NCBI GenBank assembly: GCA_965237955.1
Contig: OZ250169.1
Coordinates: forward strand, 4,736,001-4,800,000
DNA length: 64,000 bases
Reading direction: 5' to 3'
DNA from: Candidatus Marinacidobacterales bacterium
GTDB lineage: Bacteria; Acidobacteriota; Vicinamibacteria; Marinacidobacterales; SMYC01
Shown here: in pieces, positions 22,165 through 32,178 of the stretch
Layout of the letters: the number at the start of each line of letters is the position of its first letter
Numbering within the stretch: the first letter of the stretch is position 1
Notes under the pieces: generated by a model
Seen by the model: only the letters and a program-made list of their open reading frames with translations
Told to the model about the DNA's origin: nothing
The model's database searches: none
Program-made: the position numbers and the translations under genes

Positions 22165-22506
22165 ATGAAGATACGAACCCATCCTGAATACCCCTGTTTG
22201 CTGGTTCCCAACAAGAACGGGAAACAAAAACGGTTTCCCATCAAGCTGCGTGAGGCGAGCGTCGGGCGTGATCCGTCGAACGACATCTGTATACCCGACC
22301 ATTTGGTGAGCAAGTTTCACGCGAAGCTTCTCGTCTCCAATCAGAGCGTCACCGTCGTGGATCTCGAGAGCGCGAACAAGACCCGGGTCAACGGTCAAAT
22401 CGTCACCCACTCGGCCGTGGGCTTCGGAGACGAGCTGCAGTTCGCGCGGGTCAAGTGCCAGCTCGTGCTCCACGCCAGCGAGTACCGCCCGAGTAAGATC
22501 GGATGA
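22165..22506 (+). CDS. Small FHA-domain protein
   Basis: VGRDPSNDI..VSKFHA..DLESANKTRVNG. Confidence 0.88.
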   Translation: MKIRTHPEYPCLLVPNKNGKQKRFPIKLREASVGRDPSNDICIPDHLVSKFHAKLLVSNQSVTVVDLESANKTRVNGQIVTHSAVGFGDELQFARVKCQLVLHASEYRPSKIG

Positions 22507-22955
22507 GCCTTTCTGAACGTCTCCAAAAAGATCTCGTCGAAGCGATGAAAGCCCGTGAGACCACGCGGGTGAGCGTGCTGCGCCTCATCAAGTCCGCGAT
22601 CCAGAACAAAGAGATCGAGCTCGGCGAGGCACTCTCCACCGAGCAGGAGATCCAGCTGCTCCAGGCGACGGTCAAACAAAGAAACGAGTCCATTGCTACG
22701 TTCGAGAAAGCGGATCGCCAGGACCTCGCTGCCAAGGAAAAAGAAGAGCTGACCTTCGTGCGGGCCTACTTGCCCGAGGAGGTTTCCCTTGACGAGGTGG
22801 ACCAAGTGGTCGCTGCGGTCGTCGACGAGCTACAAGCCAGCGCCCCCAAGGACATGGGAAACGTCATGAAGGAGACCATGGCTCGCCTCAAGAAGACCGG
22901 AAAGACGGTGGACGGCAAAGTCGTCAACCAGATCGTTCGCTCGAAGCTATCTTGA
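22503..22955 (+). CDS. GatB/YqeY domain protein
   Basis: LVEAMKARE..LRLIKSAI, YLPEE, KDMGNVM..VDGK. Confidence 0.92.
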   Translation: MSLSERLQKDLVEAMKARETTRVSVLRLIKSAIQNKEIELGEALSTEQEIQLLQATVKQRNESIATFEKADRQDLAAKEKEELTFVRAYLPEEVSLDEVDQVVAAVVDELQASAPKDMGNVMKETMARLKKTGKTVDGKVVNQIVRSKLS

Positions 22956-22975
22956 GCTCACCTCGAAAGAAAAAC

Positions 22976-23020
22976 TCACCGCAGAGGCGAATCTCTGCGT
23001 CCTCTGCGTCTCTGCGGTGA
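22976..23020. repeat. Palindromic REP-like element
   Basis: TCACCGCAGAG...CTCTGCGGTGA enclosing CTCTGCGT units. Confidence 0.6.
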
Positions 23021-23028
23021 TTTAGGCC

Positions 23029-23937
23029 GTGTTGAAGCCACCAGCTGTTCGAGACGGGGCTGTTGTCGGCGTCATTGCTCCTGCAAGTCCGGTACGGCGG
23101 GATTTCGTCCAGCGTGGTGTGGAGGAGCTGTCACGGCTCGGGTTTCGGCCGCAGCTCGGTGCGCATCTGTACGACCGGGGCCGCTACACCGCGGGGAGCT
23201 GGCAAGATCGCCTCGACGATCTCGTCACGTTGTGGGATGATCCGGAGGTCGAAGCGATCTTCTGTGCCCGCGGCGGCTACGGCAGCATGGAGCTACTCTC
23301 ATCGCTAGAGCCTGAGCGGTTTCGTGAGCGACCGAAGGTGTTTGTCGGGGCGAGCGACATCACCGCCGTGCACGGCTTTCTCGGCGCCCGTGCGGGCGTG
23401 GTCGCGTTTCACGGCCCGATGGTCGCCCAAAAGATCGCGCGCGGGAGCTACGACGCCGAGGGTTTGCTTCGCCTGATTCAATCCAAAGAGCCTCTGGGCG
23501 CCTTGGTTGCAACCGGAACGGAAGTGCTGCACTCGGGCTCTGGGGAGGGGACTCTTTTTGGCGGCTGTCTTTCGATCGTCGCCTCTCTCGCGGGTACGCC
23601 TTTTTTCCCTCCGTGCGAAGATGCGATCCTGTTTCTCGAAGACACGCTCGTCAAACCCTACCAGATCGATCGAATGTTGACGCAGCTGCGACTCGCCGGT
23701 TGCCTCGATTCCATTCGCGGTTTCGTCTTCGGCCAAATGGCGAACTGCGAGCAGCAGCCGGAGCAAGGCTACACGCTCCAAGAGATGGTGCGGGATTGGA
23801 CGGCTCCTCTTGGAGTGCCGGTGCTGTATGGCTTTCCATCGGGACACACCGTAACCGACGCGATGACGCTTCCGCTCGGTGTCCGCGCGCGCCTCGATGA
23901 GGATGGACTCCATCTCCTCGAAGGGGCCGTCGCTTGA
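23029..23937 (+). CDS. ldcA: LD-carboxypeptidase (S66)
   Basis: ARGGYG, GASDIT (catalytic Ser), FHGPM, FLED, SGH. Confidence 0.92.
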   Translation: MLKPPAVRDGAVVGVIAPASPVRRDFVQRGVEELSRLGFRPQLGAHLYDRGRYTAGSWQDRLDDLVTLWDDPEVEAIFCARGGYGSMELLSSLEPERFRERPKVFVGASDITAVHGFLGARAGVVAFHGPMVAQKIARGSYDAEGLLRLIQSKEPLGALVATGTEVLHSGSGEGTLFGGCLSIVASLAGTPFFPPCEDAILFLEDTLVKPYQIDRMLTQLRLAGCLDSIRGFVFGQMANCEQQPEQGYTLQEMVRDWTAPLGVPVLYGFPSGHTVTDAMTLPLGVRARLDEDGLHLLEGAVA

Positions 23938-25355
23938 TCCCGGCGATCGGGGAGTGTGGGGTTCACCTTCTCGGCGTTGGTGGCACCGCCATGGCGTCGT
24001 TGGCCGGTCTTCTGATCGAGGCGGGGCATACCGTCACCGGCTCGGACGAGAACGTCTACCCCCCGATGTCCGACCTTCTCGCGGAGCTCGGAGTCGACGT
24101 GCGCTCTCCCTATCGAGCCGACAACGTACCCCACGATTGCGATCTCGTCATAATAGGGAACGCGATCTCCCGCGGCAACCCCGAGCTCGAGGCGGTTCTC
24201 GCGCGGCGCGTCGCGTATGCGTCGATGCCGGAGGTTCTCAAGGAGCTCTACCTCCGCACCCGCACCCCGGTCGTCGTGTCGGGTACCCACGGCAAGACCA
24301 CGACGAGCTCGATCGTCGCCTGGCTGCTGGAAAGCGCCGGGCACGATCCCGGGTTTCTCGTCGGTGGCATCCCCCTCAATTTCGGAGTCAGCTATCGGAG
24401 TGGCTCGGGAGAGGCGTTCGTCGTCGAAGGCGATGAGTACGACACCGCGTACTTCGACAAAGGTCCCAAGTTTCTTCACTATCTTCCCCAAGTCGCGATT
24501 ATCGGAAACGTCGAGTTCGACCACGCCGATATCTATCGCGACGTTTCCGACGTCGAGCGGGCGTTCCGCTTGTTCGCAAACCTAGTGCCCCAAAACGGTT
24601 TGTTGGTGGTGGGCTACGAGAGCGAGTTGGCGATGACCATCGCTTCCAACGCTCCGTGTCCAGTGACGACGTTTGCGTTGGCCGGAGACGCCGACTGGAG
24701 GTTGGAGGTCTTGTCGAGCGATGCGAGCGGGACTCGTTTCCGCGTACTCCACCACGGCGATACCGTCACCGAGACCGAGGGCCCGTTTGGGGGCGACGCG
24801 GCGCTCAGAAACGCACTTGCCGCCATCGCCGCCACCGAGCCCTTCGGTGTCACCGGTGACGAGCTCGCGAGTGCCCTGACATCGTTTCGCGGCGTGCGGC
24901 GGCGTTTCGAAGTGCGCGGCGAGGAGGGAGGCGTGGTCGTCGTAGACGACTTCGCGCACCATCCCACCGCGATTGGTGAGACGTTACGAAGCGCGCGTTG
25001 TTGGTTTCCGGGGCGGAGGATTTGGGGTGTTTTCGAGCCGAGATCGTTTACCGCGCGAAGCTCGGTGTTTCAGAAAGAGCTCGCGGTCGCGTTGGCGTTC
25101 GCCGATTCGGTAGTCGTTGCCGGAGTGCTGACAACGTCACGCCTTCCCGAGGAGAACGAGCTAGCCGAAGAGACGCTGGTTGCGGATTTGCGCGCGTCGG
25201 GGACACCGGCCTCGTTCATTGCCGCGCCCGACGACATCGTGCGTTTTCTCGAAGGTGACGTGCGACCAGGCGATGTGGTGATGGTGATGTCGAACGGAGG
25301 ATTCGGCGGGCTGCATGAGAAGCTTCTCGACGCCTTGAGTCGCTCGTCGGGCTAG
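23934..25355 (+). CDS. mpl: Murein tripeptide ligase Mpl
   Basis: GVGGTAM, VYPPMS, GTHGKTTTS, EGDEYDTAYFDKGPKF, DDFAHHPTAI, MSNGGFGG. Confidence 0.95.
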   Translation: MIPAIGECGVHLLGVGGTAMASLAGLLIEAGHTVTGSDENVYPPMSDLLAELGVDVRSPYRADNVPHDCDLVIIGNAISRGNPELEAVLARRVAYASMPEVLKELYLRTRTPVVVSGTHGKTTTSSIVAWLLESAGHDPGFLVGGIPLNFGVSYRSGSGEAFVVEGDEYDTAYFDKGPKFLHYLPQVAIIGNVEFDHADIYRDVSDVERAFRLFANLVPQNGLLVVGYESELAMTIASNAPCPVTTFALAGDADWRLEVLSSDASGTRFRVLHHGDTVTETEGPFGGDAALRNALAAIAATEPFGVTGDELASALTSFRGVRRRFEVRGEEGGVVVVDDFAHHPTAIGETLRSARCWFPGRRIWGVFEPRSFTARSSVFQKELAVALAFADSVVVAGVLTTSRLPEENELAEETLVADLRASGTPASFIAAPDDIVRFLEGDVRPGDVVMVMSNGGFGGLHEKLLDALSRSSG

Positions 25356-25375
25356 TCGCCCCTTGCCCTTGCCGC

Positions 25376-26602
25376 TCAGTCAGCGGTGTTGGCAGCAGTG
25401 GCTGCGATCGCTTTTTCGGAGACGCTTAGGGGAAGCTCGAAGCGGACGCGCGTGCCCACGCCCTCTTCGCTTTCGACGGCGATGGCACCGCCGTGTTCTT
25501 CGGCAATCTTGCGCGCGATCAGCATCCCGAGCCCGATTCCCTCCGACTTGCCATGCGAGAAAAACGGCTCGAAGATGCGGTGACGCACCTCCTCGGGAAT
25601 ACCGGTACCTTCGTCTTCGATCGAGATCATGACCGAATCATCCTTTCTGTGGACGCGGATTCGAAGCACGCCTCCGTCGGGCATGGCCTGGCACGCGTTG
25701 GTGGCGACGTTCCAAAGAGCCCGGTCCATCCTGTCTTTGTCGACGAAGATCTCCTCGGTGTCGTCGAGGTCGAGCTCGACGCGAACGCCACGTCCCCCGA
25801 AATGCGCGCGCACGCGACCCGCGAACCCTTCGATGAACGGACGTACGTGGATTGAAGCGGGCTCGAGCTCGAAGCTTCCGCCGCGCGTGAACTCGAGGAG
25901 CTCGCTCACCATATAGTTGAGCCGGTCGCACTCTTCGATCACATAGCGACCGTACGCCGCGCGTTCACCATCGTTGAGCTTCAGGTTGGTGAGCATGCCG
26001 GCGTAGCCGCGTAGCGCGGTCAGTGGACTTCTGAAATCGTGCACCACCGATCCGATCATTCTCCCTATCGCGGATAGGCGCTCGAAATGAATGCGTTCCT
26101 GGGTCAAATGGATGTTGCGGAGCGCGGTTGCCGCTTGAAGCGTCAAGATCGAAAGCAGCCGCTCGGCCTCAGTATCCACGTCGGCATCCGAATCCTTGGC
26201 GGGCGCCACGAACAGGCATCCGAGTCGCTCGTTCTGGTAGCTGAGTGGCAGACACCGATGTTTTCCGTCTTCGAGCTCAATGGGCCCGTTGAGCCCGTTG
26301 AGCTCGTCCGGCGAGGCCTGTAAACGGGCGAGGATGTCGTCGCGAACCGCCTGGGTGAGACCGGATACCGACGGCGCGGCGGGATACCACATCGGCCTGG
26401 AGTTGATGGCGACCCAGCCGACGTAGAGAACATCGACGGCCGCGGCCTTGGCTAGCCGCGAGGCGGCATCATGTGTCGTCGTGAGAATGGCGCGGATGTC
26501 GAAACTTCCGGCGAGCTCGACGCCCACGTCGCTGAGCGACTCCAAAAGCTCGTTGCGCTTCTCGAGCGCGCGGAGCTCGCTGGCTTTGCCGGGCTTGTGC
26601 AT
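25376..26602 (-). CDS. GAF-domain sensor histidine kinase (no adjacent response regulator)
   Basis: GAF-like region, HDFRSPL H-box, NACQAM, DEGTGI, GIGLGM. Confidence 0.9.
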   Translation of the reverse strand: MHKPGKASELRALEKRNELLESLSDVGVELAGSFDIRAILTTTHDAASRLAKAAAVDVLYVGWVAINSRPMWYPAAPSVSGLTQAVRDDILARLQASPDELNGLNGPIELEDGKHRCLPLSYQNERLGCLFVAPAKDSDADVDTEAERLLSILTLQAATALRNIHLTQERIHFERLSAIGRMIGSVVHDFRSPLTALRGYAGMLTNLKLNDGERAAYGRYVIEECDRLNYMVSELLEFTRGGSFELEPASIHVRPFIEGFAGRVRAHFGGRGVRVELDLDDTEEIFVDKDRMDRALWNVATNACQAMPDGGVLRIRVHRKDDSVMISIEDEGTGIPEEVRHRIFEPFFSHGKSEGIGLGMLIARKIAEEHGGAIAVESEEGVGTRVRFELPLSVSEKAIAATAANTAD

Positions 26603-26829
26603 GAGGCCGATATGAGGCTCGGGCGCGAGCGAGCCGCGTCCATGTTTCGCAATTCGTGTTTCTTCTATTTATGATCGATGGAGAAGTTCATTATACACGA
26701 TCGAGCTCTGCCCGATCCATGCAGGACACTAGCCGCGCGGCATGCCCGCGCCTTCCGCGCTTTAAAACATGCTATCCTGGTAACTGGTTGACTACACTAG
26801 CCTAGTTTTTACGGCAGGGGTATCTCGGG

Positions 26830-28215
26830 TTGCCCCAGCGCACTGAATTTCTGCTCGGCCAAATGTCCCATTGGGTCGGTGGACTCTCTCAGACCGGTCG
26901 GACGGAGTTCCTGTTCGAGCTCGAGATGTGGCTTCGAAGCTTCGAGCGCTATTTCTTAATCAAGAACCAACCGCTGTCCGAAGAGTCAACGCGTACCCTC
27001 GCCATCCGCAGCTTCTATGAGGAGATCGGACTCGTCGCCCATGCCATCGACCGGGTGACGAAGCTTTGTGCTCTGCTATCGAGCGAAGATCAGGTCTCTC
27101 AGGAGCGCTTCGAGAAGTACGTCGAGAACTTCCTCAAAACCGACGACATCGCAGACCCCTACGTGGCGCGTTTGCTCCGGCAAAGTAGCCCCCAGGCGGG
27201 GCTGACGCTCCTTCGAGAGAGCTTCGAGGACCTCATCCTCCTCCTGAAGGAGCTGTCGAAACTCTCGCGCATACCGTACGGCACGTTCCAGAGCATCGGA
27301 CGCCTCATCTATCGCGAAATCCGGCGGAACGACTACTTGAGCTTGCTCATGGACAAGAAGTTCAAGCCCGCGTACGACCGTATCTCCGCGGAGCCTATCG
27401 CCGAGGTGATTCAGCGCATCGACGACCGCGCGCGACGACGCCTCATCGCCAACATTTTTCTCCAGTTCTTCCGCCTGCTGCACTACCTCGAGTATGCGGA
27501 CCCCAGGCGACGTCACTTGGACGAGCTCCGTACGAGTGTCTTGATATTCTCGCTGATCGCGTCCGAGACCCGGGCGCTCGTCGACTATATTCAGCAGGAA
27601 CAAGAGCGTCTCGGAAGTGACTCCGCCTTTCCGGCCACTTTCGGAAGCTTCGTCTACTGCGTGCCGCTCGAGCTTCGCAAGGTGATCAACACCGAGCTCA
27701 CCGAGCTGACGTCGTTCAAGCAGGCCGACACCATCTACATGCGGATTGAGAACTCTCACGGCATCCTTCGAGACTGCTTCCAACAGAGCGTGATTCAGTT
27801 GGCGCAAGGCTTCGATCCCGAAATCGAAGGCAAGCGGATCTTCCCGCAGTACCAGACGCATCTGGAACAATCCCAGCTCTTGAAGCGCGATCTCCTTGCG
27901 CTCATCGGCGCTGTGCACAAGTTCGCGGTCGAGCCGAGCGAGGACCGCGCCGGCTCGATGAAGCGGCTGATCTCACATTTTTATGATCGATCCCTGCGGT
28001 TTCTGATGTACCGGGATTGGTCGAGCTTCGAATCGTTTGCTGCGGAGCTTCTGAAGTGCGACAACATTCCCGGTCTCATCCAAATCGCGCACCGCTTCGA
28101 GACCTACCTCAAGACCCTTTTGCGCGAAGTGAGCAAGCGCGGTGTTCTGCATGCGAGCCGCGACGGCGAGACCGACGAAGCGGCTGGTGACGAATCCCGC
28201 GTGGGTTTGTCGTAG
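26830..28215 (+). CDS. Uncharacterised all-helical soluble protein (461 aa)
   Basis: Long ORF with genome-typical codon use; no motif recognised. Confidence 0.8.
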   Translation: MPQRTEFLLGQMSHWVGGLSQTGRTEFLFELEMWLRSFERYFLIKNQPLSEESTRTLAIRSFYEEIGLVAHAIDRVTKLCALLSSEDQVSQERFEKYVENFLKTDDIADPYVARLLRQSSPQAGLTLLRESFEDLILLLKELSKLSRIPYGTFQSIGRLIYREIRRNDYLSLLMDKKFKPAYDRISAEPIAEVIQRIDDRARRRLIANIFLQFFRLLHYLEYADPRRRHLDELRTSVLIFSLIASETRALVDYIQQEQERLGSDSAFPATFGSFVYCVPLELRKVINTELTELTSFKQADTIYMRIENSHGILRDCFQQSVIQLAQGFDPEIEGKRIFPQYQTHLEQSQLLKRDLLALIGAVHKFAVEPSEDRAGSMKRLISHFYDRSLRFLMYRDWSSFESFAAELLKCDNIPGLIQIAHRFETYLKTLLREVSKRGVLHASRDGETDEAAGDESRVGLS

Positions 28216-28252
28216 TAGTTCCCCTGCACCTGCCGTTGCCGATGGGAACGCT

Positions 28253-29374
28253 CTAGTTGCCCGGCTTGGCAGGAGGGGTCGACTTTTTCTCGATCGTGTC
28301 TTGCTCCGAGATGCTCGTCTTCAGCGCGTCGACGATCTCAGGGTCGAATTGCGTTCCTGCGTGCGCTTCCAGCTCGCGAATCGCCATGTCGTACGGCAGC
28401 GGAGATTTATACGAGTTCTTGGCGGTGATGACGTCGAAGGCTTCACACGCTCCGATAATCCGGGCGCCCTTGGGAATGGCCGCGCCCTCCAGTTTTTAGG
28501 GGTATCCGCGCCCGTCCCAACGTTCGTGGTGGTGCAGCACGATTCCGGCCAGGTCTTTCCAAAAGATGATGTCTTTGATCATCTCGTAGCCCAAGAGCGG
28601 GTGGAGCTCGATACGCTCCCGCGTCCACTCCTCGGTGGCGTCGAGCTTCAAGAGCCCGATGTCGTGCAGCAGACCCGCGAAGTAGAGGTTTCTCTGCTCG
28701 TCATCCGACAGGCCGAGCCCCTGCGCCACCAGCCGCGCGTAGCGGGCCACTCGGCGCGCGTGTCCCGACTTGATGGGAACGTGGGTGTCCATCGCGCCGA
28801 TTAGGATCTCGCTCACGTGAGTGAAGTAGTTGTTTTGCGCGTCGGTCAGCCGAACGTGGTCGATGGAGATGGCGGCCTGGTCGGCGAGAGAGAAAAGCAG
28901 TGATTGATCCTCTGCGTCGAACTCGCCGTTTTTCTTTTTGTTCAGCAGCTCGATCACCCCGATGACTTTGTCTTCGAACGTCAGGGGAACACAGAGAATG
29001 GATCGGGTTTGGAAGCCGGTCTCCCGGTCGAAACGACGTTCGAAACGAGGGTCGGACTCGACGTCGTTGACGATCGCAGGCTCGCCGGTATCGGCGGTCC
29101 ACCCCGCGATGTCCTGTCCAGGCTCGACTGCCATCGGTTTGACCGTGCTGGCCGCGCGTCCGGACGCCGTGTGGAAACGGAGCTTCCCCTCGTCGTCGTA
29201 GAGCAGAATCGAGCCCGCCTCGGCGCCCACCGTTTCCGCGGCGGTTTCGACGATCGTCGATAGCAACACATCGAGATGGATGATGCTTCGATAGGCCTTG
29301 GTGACTTCCAGGACCGCTTTCAGCTTGTCGATATATTCAGATGGATCGCTCAGCTTCATCTTTCGCAGAACCAC
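28253..29374 (-). pseudogene. GAF + HD-GYP phosphodiesterase with an in-frame TAA
   Basis: GHARRV, LLHDIG, HHERWDGRGYP*KLEGAAIPKGARIIGACEAFD..GTQFDP; stop at 28496-28498, same frame continues to 28253. Confidence 0.88.
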
Positions 29375-29486
29375 TGAGACGGAATGAGGAAACGACGCTG
29401 TCGCAATAAGTTGGGGGTAAGGCTACCACGGCTTCGGGCGAGACGTCAAACTCGTAGGTAAATTATGCGGCAGTTCACACCAAATG

Positions 29487-29516
29487 TTGACAGGGTTTGG
29501 GGGGGCGTGCTATCTT
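29487..29516 (+). promoter_or_regulatory. Sigma70-type promoter (extended -10)
   Basis: TTGACA-18 nt-TATCTT preceded by TG. Confidence 0.5.
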
Positions 29517-29564
29517 CCTCTAGTACAAGGACGTAGCCCATCTAACCAGAAAAAACCGCAGAGA

Positions 29565-30408
29565 ATGTCAGGCAAAGAAAGCCCGTTTGCCAAGTTCCTT
29601 ACCAAGTTCAAGAAGGGCGACTTCATCTTCCGACAAGGCCAGGAAGGCGATGAGATGTACATCGTCCAATCCGGACAGGTCGCGATCCGCAAAACGATCG
29701 GCAACAAGCGGACCACCGTCAACGTTCTCGAAAAAGGCGATTTTTTCGGCGAGATGTCCGTTCTCGAGCGTTTGCCGCGCACGGCCGACGCCGAGGTCGA
29801 GGAGGATGCCGGCGTCATTACCATCAACAGCGCGACCTTCGGGGAGATGATCCGCTCCAACCCCGAAATCGCGGTGCGCATGCTCCGCAAGTACTCGATG
29901 CGCATGCGCGAGTACTCGGAGCAGCTCGAAAAGCTGATGACCGAGCAAAACGTCGTCGAGAAGGGGGATCTCCCCGATGTCGACGAGCCCTCTAAGGGTC
30001 CGGAAGGTACCGTGCCTTCGACGGCGACCGCTCGCGCTTATTTCGTCGCCAAAGAGAGTGGCAAGATCTACCCGGTCTACAAAGACGAAGTTCTCATCGG
30101 CAGGTCCCGAGCAGAGTGGCAAGATCTACCCGGTCTACAAAGACGAAGTTCTCATCGGCAGGTACGATTCGGTCACGGGACACCCCGAGGTCGACTTGAC
30201 CGACGAGGACGACAACCGCAACGTCAGCCGGCGCCACGCCCGTCTGTTGTACAAGGACGAAACGCACTACATCGCCGAAGAGATTGGAACGATGAACGGC
30301 ACTTACATCAACGGCAACCGCATCCCTACCGGTGTCCTGACGCCGGTCAAAGACGGTGATGAAATTACTCTCTGCCGCGTACCGGTTATCTTCAAGATTG
30401 CAGAGTGA
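29565..30408 (+). pseudogene. cNMP-binding + FHA protein broken by a tandem duplication
   Basis: cNMP domain (GDFFGEMSVLERLPRTA); FHA (IGRYD..VSRRHA..GTMNGT) shifted by a 51-bp duplication plus 7-nt filler. Confidence 0.85.
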
Positions 30409-30422
30409 GCGCTGAATTGTCC

Positions 30423-32158
30423 TCAGTTTCGCGGGGGTCTTTCGCCTTGTGTGGGATCGCGCCTGGGGATAGGTGGCTCGTACAACAAGTTGCCGCCAGC
30501 GCCGACGCCGTCGATTACGTACGGTAGCAGATCGTCCAGTGTCACGTCGGTGTTGCGGATGATCCGCGGGGTCAGCGTCAGGACGATGTCGGACTCCTCG
30601 ACCTCTTTCTTGTTGGCCGAGAACATGCGACCCAGGAGCGGGACGCTCGCAAGCCCCGGCGTTCCCGCGAGGCTGATTCGCTCGACGTCGTTGATGAGCC
30701 CTGCCAGCAAGCTCGTTTCTCCGTCGCCGAGGCGCAACACCGTATTCACGGATCGATTTCCGAACGTGGGAAGACCTCCGAAGCCGGTTCCTGAAATCGT
30801 GCTGAGACGCACTTCGAGGGCGATGCTCACCTGATTGTCGTGATGCACTCGCGGCGTCACGAGAATGTTGACCCCGATGTTCTCGTACTGGAACGTCGTC
30901 ACCGGTTGCTGGGGAAGGCCGCCGGTCGCGATCGGGGTGAACGTCGTAATCGGAACCGGCACGCGCTCGCCGAACTCGGCCTGCGCGGTCTCTCCGTCGA
31001 CCGCCCGCAGCTTGGGACTCGCGAGAACGCGGGTGTCGCTGTCGGCGCGCAGCAGGCTCAAAACGGCTCCCGGGAGCCCGACAACCGTGAGGTTACTGGC
31101 ACTGTAAGGGGACTGGTCGGCCGTCGTGTCCAGGGCGAAAATGCCGGCACGGATGCCGCCTTCTTCGGCGGCCGAGCGGAGTTGAATTCCGTACTCCTCC
31201 ATGCGCCTGCGGTCTACTTCGAGCACTTCGACTTCGACGATGACTTCAGCGCGACCTTTGTCGACCGAGCCGATGATCCGCTCCGCCGCTTTCACGCGCT
31301 CGGGGGTGTCGACGATGGTCAAAGAATTGTTGGCGGTGTGGGGAGCGATTCGTCGGGCACCGAGAACGATTCGCAGCAGATCGATCGTCTCTTTCAAGTC
31401 CGCGGTCGACAGGTAGAACGTGCGCGTGACTTGCTGCTCGTATTCGCGGCGCTTGGCCTGTGTGTCGGGAACGATGGTTAACATGTTGCCACCTTCGACC
31501 CGATAGAAGTTTTGCGTCGTCGTGCACAGCGAGCGAAACGCTTCTTCGAACGTGGCGTCTTCCAAATCGATCGAGATGTCTTCGTCCCGGAAGTCGCTGT
31601 CGAAGACCACGTTCACGCCAGCCAACGTTCCCAGGGAAAGCAACACGTCACGCAGTCTCGCGTCCTGGAAAACGAACCCGGCCGGCGCGGCAGCGCCGGG
31701 CGCGATCTGAAGCCTCCCGAAGGGTGCGTCGCTGACTTGTTTCTTGAGAGCGTCGAGAGAGCGTCGTTCCGCCGCTTCACCTCGTTCGGCGATCGTCACC
31801 TCGAGCTCCCGCAATTGCTTCGCGATTTGCTCGTCGGTGGGGTTCAACGTCAGGGCGACCGCGTACTCCTCCTCGGCACCCGTGAGATCCCCGACCTGCA
31901 TGCGTCGCGCCGCCTTCAGTGCGTGAGCCGCCGATGCGCGCAGCTTGGCGCGGCCGAGGTCTTGCTGGATATGGCGATCGTCTGGTTTCTCGGTAAGTGC
32001 CTGGGTGTATAGGGCGACGGCTTGATCGTAGCGGCCCAGTTTCTCTGCGGTCTCGGCGTCTTTCAGGTAGCTCGAGCCGGCGCACCCGATGAGAGCTACA
32101 AGACCCAGGGTCACGACGAGAGTGAGGGATCTCCTCTTCAGCTTGTTGAGACTGCTCA
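30423..32158 (-). CDS. Lipoprotein secretin (GspD/PilQ superfamily) with N-terminal TPR
   Basis: Lipobox LIGC, TPR, N-domains, VEVEVLEV, YENIGVNILVTPRVH, PGLASVPLLGRMF. Confidence 0.88.
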
Positions 32159-32178
32159 TTTTGATCCTCTTTGATGAA

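Noticed and set aside
28496-28498. Stop-codon recoding in the HD-GYP gene
   Set aside because: The codon is TAA, which other genes here use as a normal stop; no recoding signal seen.
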